Source: a virus (lineage: Duplodnaviria; Caudoviricetes). From it: a stretch of DNA of 64,000 bases. Position numbers and translations under genes: made by a program. The notes beneath the pieces were generated by a model. The model worked only from the letters and a program-made list of their open reading frames with translations. It did no database searches and was not told the origin of the DNA. Shown one piece after another: positions 1-6,924 of the stretch (position 1 is the stretch's first letter; every line of letters starts with the position of its first letter). The stretch is taken from positions 2,176 to 66,175 of IMG/VR virus record IMGVR_UViG_3300044454_000039, one strand, 5' to 3'.

Positions 1-89
1 TGCGCATCAATGGGTTACGCGCAATCCAACAAGTCCTATTCGATCAACAGTCCGACGCTCACAGATCTCCCTATCAAGTGAGATAGTGC

Positions 90-118
90 TTGACATAGGG
101 TAGGGGTTGCGGTACAAT
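90..118 (+). promoter_or_regulatory. sigma70-type early promoter
   Basis: TTGACA (90-95), 17 bp spacer, TACAAT (113-118), at the head of the + strand arm. Confidence 0.85.
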
Positions 119-124
119 GGAGTC

Positions 125-735
125 TGTTGTAGATGTATTGTAGTTTGGCAGTGCGGCAGGGGCGTGTCAGCCCGAGCCGATGAGCACGGCGCAGGGGAAG
201 AGCACGGGAAGGGAGACAGACAGGTCGAGTCTCCCCAAACAGCGGACTGATTATCCGAGTGCTTCAAAGCAGGTTGGTGCCTTAGTAGTTTCCACCAACG
301 TGTGAGTGATCCCGAACCCGTACGCATGACCGGCAGTGAAGCGTGCTACGAACAAGTAGTGGACAGCATGGGTTCCGGCCCTAGTCCCGAACGTCACGAG
401 CCAGCGGTCAGGCGACGATGTAGCCGAGCGGCATCGACTGGCATGTCCCTTCGTCGCAACTAGCTCTCACCCCCACGTCCGACAACGGCCGGTGGCCACG
501 CTCCCATGCGTGCGCTGCCGGTTGGCGTTTGTCCAAGCCGTGCCCGGCCCATCAGCGGCCGGATGGTATGCCCCTTGCAAGGCTAACCCATGGGGAGTGT
601 GGCCACGCTGGCAACGCGGCCACGGAGAGCGCTTTATACTGCCCGCCCGGCGTCAGGATTCCGATGCGATTGGATTTCTGACAGAGTTGTGCACGAGTCG
701 AAGCGAGTGCACCCGTGCGGGCAGTTCAAGCGCTT
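125..735 (+). ncRNA. candidate large structured RNA / 5' leader
   Basis: No credible ORF between the promoter and ATG 771. Dense inverted repeats, e.g. 211-217/229-235, 273-279/293-299, 314-319/370-375, 412-418/451-457, 492-508/589-606, 638-646/717-725. Confidence 0.5.
652..682. repeat. 31-bp dyad motif, copy 1 (putative operator)
   Basis: GTCA-GGAT-TCCGAT-GCG-ATTGGA-TTTC-TGAC. Confidence 0.75.
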
Positions 736-770
736 TTGATGCAGCGGTTCCAACCAACTAGGAGAACAGC

Positions 771-1550
771 ATGACGGACATCAGGAAGGACTACCCCGAG
801 CACGCCGCGATAGGCGAGCGCACACCCACCCCGCAGGAGATCGAGACGGCCCGTGCGATGCAGGCGATGATCGCGGCCGTGGTCAAGCCGCTGATGGAGA
901 AGTACAACGAACTGCACAGCGACGTGAAGCGGCTGCACGACCGCGTGACCAACGTCAACCAGATGATCGAAACCAATTCGGACGAGATCGCGGATCTGGA
1001 CGACGCGCTGCGCACGCTCACCAAGAACCAGATGGCCACGGACAAGGGACTCACGGCCACGGACACGCGCGCCGACAACATCATCAACGAGGCGATGAAG
1101 CTGGGCATTCGCGTCCACGCGCTCGAACTCAAGGCGATTGCGCAGGGCGAACTGCGCGTGCCGCCCGGCGTGGTGTTCGTTGCGGATGGCAACAAGCCCG
1201 AGGATGCGAGCGGTGTGAAGAGCGACATGAGCGGGCGGCCGAAGTGGAACGAGATCATGCGCAACGCGCAGGACTTGGTGTTGAACGACGCGAGCAACCC
1301 GCTGGTGATCGTGCGCTTCGACTGCGGATGCGTGGGCACCAAGCCGGACGCCAAGGGCAACAGCGCGATCATCATGGCATGCGACAACACCGACGGCCGC
1401 AACGTCGGCGGGCGCGAGCGGCCGATGTTCGACAAGAAGTACGAGCCGGTCGATGCGGACTACGCCGGGGTGATCTGGCGCGCGTTCGCGGATCAGGACG
1501 AGTACCGGCAGGTGCAGTCGGCGCTGCGCATGGTGGTGCGCGACGAGTAG
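771..1550 (+). CDS. hypothetical early protein, N-terminal coiled coil
   Basis: AGGAG RBS, GC3-rich codons, heptad pattern in the N-terminal half. Confidence 0.85.
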   Translation: MTDIRKDYPEHAAIGERTPTPQEIETARAMQAMIAAVVKPLMEKYNELHSDVKRLHDRVTNVNQMIETNSDEIADLDDALRTLTKNQMATDKGLTATDTRADNIINEAMKLGIRVHALELKAIAQGELRVPPGVVFVADGNKPEDASGVKSDMSGRPKWNEIMRNAQDLVLNDASNPLVIVRFDCGCVGTKPDAKGNSAIIMACDNTDGRNVGGRERPMFDKKYEPVDADYAGVIWRAFADQDEYRQVQSALRMVVRDE

Positions 1551-1553
1551 GGC

Positions 1554-1584
1554 GTCAACATTCCAATCGAATCGGAGAATTGAC
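1554..1584. repeat. 31-bp dyad motif, copy 2
   Basis: GTCA-ACAT-TCCAAT-CGA-ATCGGA-GAAT-TGAC; fills the intergenic gap and contains the GGAG RBS of the next gene. Confidence 0.8.
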
Positions 1585-1977
1585 ATGAGCGACAAGAGTT
1601 ACGTGACGATGGAACAGAAGGTGTGCCCGATCTGTGGCAAGACCGAAGATAGCGGCGCACTGTTGCTGGACACACGTTTGCGCAATCGCTTCGAGCGCAA
1701 CACGACGACGGGCATGGGCCTGTGCAAAGAGCACAAGCAACTGCACGAGGATGGCTACATCGCGCTGGTGGAAGTGGACCCGAGCAAGAGCGACGGCGTG
1801 CCCGGTGGTGCGCTCAAGCCCGAGCAGGCGTGGCGCACGGGGCGCGTGGCACACGTGAGGCGCAGCGCGTGGGACAAGATCTTCAACGTGCCGCTGGACC
1901 CGAAGCTGCCGATGGTCTATCTGGACATCGAGGGCTTCGACAAGATCGCGGCGATGCATGCCAACATGGAGAACTGA
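1585..1977 (+). CDS. hypothetical protein with CxxC...CxxH zinc-binding motif
   Basis: CPICG and LCKEH motifs; GGAG RBS. Confidence 0.85.
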   Translation: MSDKSYVTMEQKVCPICGKTEDSGALLLDTRLRNRFERNTTTGMGLCKEHKQLHEDGYIALVEVDPSKSDGVPGGALKPEQAWRTGRVAHVRRSAWDKIFNVPLDPKLPMVYLDIEGFDKIAAMHANMEN

Positions 1978-1978
1978 C

Positions 1979-2419
1979 ATGAGCGAGCATCTGTTCGATG
2001 TGTCCAAAGCAAAGCTGGATGAAGCCCGGCGCGAAGTGCGCGAGCAGTTGATCGCCGCGCAGATGCACGAGTGGCCCAACTCGCGCATCATGACCGCAGG
2101 CGAAGTGCTCAACGAATGGCTGGAGCCCGACGACTTCCCGGCGTTCGTCGAGTGGAAGGCGGACAAGTTCAACGCGCTGTGGGTGCAGGGCGAGAGCGAG
2201 CCGCAGCAGCGCATCTGGTACGACCGCGACATGCAGCAGCGCCGGTCGAACTACTACCGGCAACTGCTGGGGGCGCTGGGCTGCATCCTCGCGAACGATG
2301 AGGAAGTGGTGTTCTACGAGTGCGGTGTGCCCGACGAGAAGGGCAAGCGGTTCAGGGGCGCGCGGTTCGGCGTCGAGGGCAGCGAGTACGCGTCGGGATT
2401 TCCGGGGGGCAAGCTATGA
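1979..2419 (+). CDS. hypothetical protein
   Basis: GGAG RBS before ATG 1979; tight operon packing. Confidence 0.8.
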   Translation: MSEHLFDVSKAKLDEARREVREQLIAAQMHEWPNSRIMTAGEVLNEWLEPDDFPAFVEWKADKFNALWVQGESEPQQRIWYDRDMQQRRSNYYRQLLGALGCILANDEEVVFYECGVPDEKGKRFRGARFGVEGSEYASGFPGGKL

Positions 2420-2790
2420 GACAAGTCGAGAAGCGCATGGTGCGCGGCTGGGGCGAGCGCTGTTCCGAGTACGACCCCGGCTGCGCGGCGTGCGTAGCGT
2501 GGGAGTTGTTCGACAAGCTGGGCGTGTACACCGAAGGCACCACGGTGGATAGCATTCTCGCCGCGCGGTACGAGCAGGATCTTCTGGACGAGTGCTTGTG
2601 GATACACGCGTGGATCGTCACGCTGCGCGAGTCGGACATGACCAGCACGTGCCCGTGCTGCGGGCAGCGGCGCAACGACTCGAAGGCACTGACCGACGAC
2701 CCCGACTACAAGGCGTGGATGACATCGGGTGCGGTAATGCACACGCTGCTGGACGGCAACAAGTTCCGCATCGCATTGACGGGAGAGTGA
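2416..2790 (+). CDS. hypothetical Cys-rich protein
   Basis: ATGA overlap with the previous gene; CAAC and CPCC motifs. Confidence 0.7.
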   Translation: MRQVEKRMVRGWGERCSEYDPGCAACVAWELFDKLGVYTEGTTVDSILAARYEQDLLDECLWIHAWIVTLRESDMTSTCPCCGQRRNDSKALTDDPDYKAWMTSGAVMHTLLDGNKFRIALTGE

Positions 2791-2793
2791 AGC

Positions 2794-3402
2794 ATGAAAT
2801 CCAAGGCGGGACAGACTGCACTCGATGAGATCCACGCAATGTGGTTCGATCACGTGAGTCTGCTGGGTGGTGCGCTCACGCCCACGTGGGGCTGCGGCGA
2901 GATGACCCAGCGCGAACTGCACACACATGTGCAGGGCATCATGGACAAGCTGGCACGTGCGTGTGGACAAGGCAGCACAGGCAAGATGCGGGCGGGCTGC
3001 GTGAAGTTCGTCACGGGCAGGGCGAGATCCTACCGTGACGGGCCGTGGGCGCGCATCAACCTTGAGCACACGTGGCGCGACATCATCTACGGCTACACGT
3101 GGCAGTGGACAGGCGGGCGCACCGGGAGCAAACAGTACGAGATGCAGTGGATGCGCATGTACAAGAAGGCGAGCGTGGCATTCCTCACGCGCAGTCTGTA
3201 CCTGCCACCCGCCAAGGCCGAGCCGGTGCCCGCACCTAGCAAGGATGATGAGAGAAGGGGTAAAATCCAGCGACTCGTGGACCGCCGAGCCGCATGGGTG
3301 AAGAAGCAGGAGCGGGCCGAGATGTGGATCAAGAAGATTGACCGATCACTCAAAGCATACAGGAGAGCATATGAACGGGAGCAAAGCAAAGACGTTGCGT
3401 AG
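2794..3402 (+). CDS. hypothetical protein
   Basis: GGAG RBS, operon packing, basic coiled-coil C-terminus. Confidence 0.75.
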   Translation: MKSKAGQTALDEIHAMWFDHVSLLGGALTPTWGCGEMTQRELHTHVQGIMDKLARACGQGSTGKMRAGCVKFVTGRARSYRDGPWARINLEHTWRDIIYGYTWQWTGGRTGSKQYEMQWMRMYKKASVAFLTRSLYLPPAKAEPVPAPSKDDERRGKIQRLVDRRAAWVKKQERAEMWIKKIDRSLKAYRRAYEREQSKDVA

Positions 3403-3607
3403 GATGGCCGAGCAGTTGTCCATCGGGCAGCCGCACGCCGAACTGGTGCAGGTGGCACAGCGCACCCGCGACGGCAAGGAACGCATCGCGGCGGGCAACA
3501 ACCCGCACACCACGCGTGCCGTGTACCGCAAGCTGAAGCGCGTGTACCGGGGCGGCGGCATGCGCGCCGTGATGGGCGCCATCGTCGAAGCGGCGAAGGC
3601 GCAGTAA
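3371..3607 (+). CDS. small basic hypothetical protein
   Basis: AGGAG RBS before ATG 3371; TAATG coupling to the next gene. Confidence 0.7.
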   Translation: MNGSKAKTLRRMAEQLSIGQPHAELVQVAQRTRDGKERIAAGNNPHTTRAVYRKLKRVYRGGGMRAVMGAIVEAAKAQ

Positions 3608-3981
3608 TGAGCGATGTCGAGATGGTGGTGACTGATGGTCAAGATCAACCGGGCTTCGCGTCGGTGACGCGGATCGGGCAGATCTTGGCGCACATGCTAG
3701 GCGCGCTGGGCGTTGCGGGTGAGTTCTCCATATCCAACATGGGAGATTCCGCAATCGCATTCATCGTGACGACGCCGTGGGGTCAGTTCGCCATCTTCGA
3801 CAACGAGCACGATGACCACTGGAGCGCAGGCATGATGGTGGGCGATCAGATCCGCCGCGTGCCTGCGTGCGGTGCGTTGCACGATGTCATCCGGTTGCAT
3901 CTGTTGCTGGTACTGGACACGACGATCATGAAGGCAACGGCGTATCTGGATGGTTTGCCCCCGCCGCGCGAGATGCACTAG
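3607..3981 (+). CDS. hypothetical protein
   Basis: TAATG translational coupling. Confidence 0.7.
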   Translation: MSDVEMVVTDGQDQPGFASVTRIGQILAHMLGALGVAGEFSISNMGDSAIAFIVTTPWGQFAIFDNEHDDHWSAGMMVGDQIRRVPACGALHDVIRLHLLLVLDTTIMKATAYLDGLPPPREMH

Positions 3982-4035
3982 CGTGCGCAGGAGATAGTAG
4001 TCGCAGCAGTTGTAGCAGCACCCGTAGCACAACCC

Positions 4036-4066
4036 GTCAACATTCCAACTCGATTGGAAACTTGAC
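4036..4066. repeat. 31-bp dyad motif, copy 3
   Basis: GTCA-ACAT-TCCAAC-TCG-ATTGGA-AACT-TGAC, directly upstream of the AAA gene. Confidence 0.8.
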
Positions 4067-4085
4067 ACACTTGGAGACGCATATC

Positions 4086-5192
4086 ATGGCAACCATGCAC
4101 GACATGGACGTTATCGTCCGCCGCGCGTTGCGGTGCAAGTACAACGTGATGTTCAGGAGCCAGCCCGCGCTGGGCAAGACGTTCAAGGTGAACGAGATCG
4201 TGTCGGCGTTGCAGGCCGAAGATCCCGAGTTCTACTACGCGTATCTGGACGGCGGCACGCTGACCCCGCCCGACGTGGTGATGTCGGTGCCGGACATGCA
4301 GGAGTTCATGATCCGCAAGCTGGTGGACGGCACGTTCCCCAACTACTACAAGACGCCCGACGCGCACGGCATCATCTACGTGGGCGAGTGGATGTTGCAG
4401 GGCTTCGAAGTCAACAAGGGCACGCAGAAGTTGATCAACCACGAGGATGTGGGCGGCGGCTTCCGCTTGGCGCCCGGCATCATCATCGTGGCGGACGGCA
4501 ATCGCTTGAAGGACAAGTCCGGCGCGCAGGTGCAGTCGCGTGCGGTCATGAGTCGGTTCGAAACGTGGGAACTGGAATACGACACCGACTATGCGCTGGG
4601 AGTGATGCAGAACTTCCACGAGCGCGTGGGTGCGTTCGCGCTGCGCAACCCGATGGAGATCGACAACTACCGGGATGTGTTCGAGAACGAAGAGCGCAAC
4701 GAGAACGACGTGACGTATCAGGAAGGCAAGCAGGGCATTTGGGCCAGCCTGCGCTCGTGGGATCGCGTGAGCCTCAAGATGCGCGACGCCGATGCGACGG
4801 GTGTGCCGCTGATCCCCGGCGAAGTCTCGCGCAACGTCGGCACGGAAACTGCAAACAAGTTCACGGCATTCAACCAGATGCTCGACAACTTGGCCACGCT
4901 GGAGCAGATCATCCGCGAGCCGGTCAAGACGCCGGTCCCGCAGCGCATGGACGAGAAGTACGCACTGTCCACGATGCTCGCGCTGCTGGTCAAGCGTGAC
5001 AATTGGGAGCCCATCGCCAAGTACATGCAGCGCTACCCCGACGAGCAGCAGGCGTGCTACTTCAAGCTGATGAACGACCGGCTGGGCAAGGCGAAGGATG
5101 CCAACGACAGCTTCATCAAGTCCAGCAAGACGTACCAGTTGTGGATCACGGCGCCCCACATCCAGCGGTTGCTCAACGGCGCCACCGCGTAG
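4086..5192 (+). CDS. MoxR-like AAA+ ATPase
   Basis: Walker A-like SQPALGKT, Walker B-like IIYVGE, sensor-1 ADGN, Arg-finger SRF; GGAG RBS; linked to a vWA gene. Confidence 0.8.
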   Translation: MATMHDMDVIVRRALRCKYNVMFRSQPALGKTFKVNEIVSALQAEDPEFYYAYLDGGTLTPPDVVMSVPDMQEFMIRKLVDGTFPNYYKTPDAHGIIYVGEWMLQGFEVNKGTQKLINHEDVGGGFRLAPGIIIVADGNRLKDKSGAQVQSRAVMSRFETWELEYDTDYALGVMQNFHERVGAFALRNPMEIDNYRDVFENEERNENDVTYQEGKQGIWASLRSWDRVSLKMRDADATGVPLIPGEVSRNVGTETANKFTAFNQMLDNLATLEQIIREPVKTPVPQRMDEKYALSTMLALLVKRDNWEPIAKYMQRYPDEQQACYFKLMNDRLGKAKDANDSFIKSSKTYQLWITAPHIQRLLNGATA

Positions 5193-5226
5193 TCCCATCG
5201 CAACGCAAATCGACTAGGAGAGACAG

Positions 5227-6114
5227 ATGAACACGACCCAACAATCCATGCATTCGCTGTTGCTGTACTCGCTCTACGCCCCGGCGTGGACGGCCCGCAA
5301 GCTGGACAAGAAGATCACGGCCGAGATCAAGGAACAGCACAACGTCGATTCCGACGTGGACGCTGGCAACTTCAACAAGTTCCTGCTGCCCGACTTCAAG
5401 GAACTGGCGGCGTGCAAGAGCTTCATCGGCAAGACCCGGCAGGAGTTCTACCTGCGCACGGCGCCGTGGGGCGAGCAGCGCGGGGCGCGCGTCGGCAAGG
5501 CCGAAGAGCACATGGAGATGCTGTCGTGGTTCGGTGATCGCGTCGAGGACTTCAAGCCCCTGAAGCGCGAGATGCTGGCCACGTACGCCGAGCACGTGGC
5601 GCTCGCCGAGTTCAAGCTGAACGAGATGTACGACCCGATGGACTACCCGTCCGTGGAGAAGGTGGACGCGAAGTTCCAGTTGCGCATGTCGGCGGTGCCG
5701 CTGCCCAACATCAACGACGTGCGGCTGTTGCAGGAGATCCCGCCGCACATCAGGGCGGACATCGAGGCGTCGATCACGGCGGACATCCAGAACAGCATCA
5801 CGGCCACGCTCACGCACGGGTTCCAGTCGCTCTACAAGCCCATCGCCCACATGGCCGACGTGCTGCACAAGTACAAGGAAGGCGAAGTGAAGCGGCTGTT
5901 CGACAGCGTGGTCGAGAACGTGCGCACGATGTCGGAGATGGCGCACAAGCTGAACATCAGCCGCGACCCGACGCTCGAAGCGTTCGCCATCGACGCGGGT
6001 AATCTGGTGGATCAACTCACGGCGAAGGATCTGCGCGACAGCGAAGGGATGCAGGCCATCGTCGGGCAGAAGGCGCGCGAACTGGCGGATCGGATCGCGC
6101 AATTCATGCCATGA
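5227..6114 (+). CDS. conserved helical phage protein (DUF3150-like) of AAA-vWA modules
   Basis: AGGAG RBS; WTARKLDK N-terminal motif; position between the AAA and vWA genes. Family name is from recall. Confidence 0.65.
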   Translation: MNTTQQSMHSLLLYSLYAPAWTARKLDKKITAEIKEQHNVDSDVDAGNFNKFLLPDFKELAACKSFIGKTRQEFYLRTAPWGEQRGARVGKAEEHMEMLSWFGDRVEDFKPLKREMLATYAEHVALAEFKLNEMYDPMDYPSVEKVDAKFQLRMSAVPLPNINDVRLLQEIPPHIRADIEASITADIQNSITATLTHGFQSLYKPIAHMADVLHKYKEGEVKRLFDSVVENVRTMSEMAHKLNISRDPTLEAFAIDAGNLVDQLTAKDLRDSEGMQAIVGQKARELADRIAQFMP

Positions 6115-6377
6115 GCACGCGTCGCAAGATGCGTCGCAAGCTGGCGAAGAAGCAGCTACTCGCGAAGGTACGGGAGATGGAGCGCAAGCTGTCTCCCGTC
6201 TACGCGATCCAGAAGAAGGACGGGTGGACTGCTGACCCGGCCCTCGACGGCATCTACGTGCCGCTGCGCTGGTCGAATCACTACGGCTGGGTGCATCAAG
6301 GCTTCACCAAGTTCACCAGTGCGGAGATGCACGAGTTGCGCCTGCCCGGCCGCGACTGCGAGTGGGTGATGCTATGA
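6111..6377 (+). CDS. small basic protein, LLxxVRxME family member 1
   Basis: ATGA overlap; KKQLLAKVREMERKLSP. Confidence 0.75.
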   Translation: MSTRRKMRRKLAKKQLLAKVREMERKLSPVYAIQKKDGWTADPALDGIYVPLRWSNHYGWVHQGFTKFTSAEMHELRLPGRDCEWVML

Positions 6378-6646
6378 GAATCCGCGAGACGGATCGCAGG
6401 ACGTACGTGGTGTTGACTGCGCGAGAGGCCAAAGAGATCGGCATCACGATCAAGAAGCAGCTTATCGTGCGAGGGATGGAAGTCCGCGTGTATCAGCCAC
6501 CCCCCGACGCGCAACCTGCACGCACGGTGTACACCATCGAAGAGGCGGTGCGGCTGTCGGAATTGATATTGGCTGGGGCACGGTGGTGCGAGTATGGACG
6601 CATGCACTTCCTTGCCGTGCTGCCGTGGAAGGTGCCGCCACTATGA
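6374..6646 (+). CDS. small protein, divergent LLxxVRxME family member 2
   Basis: ATGA overlaps at both ends; KKQLIVRGME. Confidence 0.7.
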   Translation: MRIRETDRRTYVVLTAREAKEIGITIKKQLIVRGMEVRVYQPPPDAQPARTVYTIEEAVRLSELILAGARWCEYGRMHFLAVLPWKVPPL

Positions 6647-6924
6647 AGCTGAGCCGCAAGCAGCGGAAGCAGCGGCGGTTGCTGCGCTTGGTGCGGCAGA
6701 TGGAAGCCAAGCTGCAAACCCCAAAGGTGCGAAAAGATCCGCGCGGCTGGGTGCCGTGGAAGTGGTACGTGGAGAGCAAGCAGTTGAACGAAGAGATGTT
6801 GCGGCGTGTTCAGCCTAGCAAGTTCATCACGTTGTTCGCAGGAGAATTGGGCACAGTAGAACGTGTCCGTATCATCAACTCAATCGGAGATGCAGATGAC
6901 AAGCGTAGCAAGAGTGAAGAGTAA
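6643..6924 (+). CDS. small basic protein, LLxxVRxME family member 3, with capsid-like segments
   Basis: ATGA overlap; RRLLRLVRQMEAKLQTP; segments RGWVPWK and GELGTVERVR resemble the MCP. Confidence 0.75.
   Translation: MKLSRKQRKQRRLLRLVRQMEAKLQTPKVRKDPRGWVPWKWYVESKQLNEEMLRRVQPSKFITLFAGELGTVERVRIINSIGDADDKRSKSEE

Noticed and set aside
652-682. 31-bp dyad as a XerCD dif site or attP
   Set aside because: It does not match the 11-6-11 dif consensus, occurs four times, and no recombinase was recognised.
7-761. ORFs 7-327 (-) and 492-761 (+)
   Set aside because: No RBS, atypical codons, and they overlap the promoter and structured leader.
6111-6646. Capsid/virion mimicry in family members 1 and 2 (YVPL, EYG, MEVRVY)
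   Set aside because: Matches are only 3-6 residues and could be chance; not counted as evidence.
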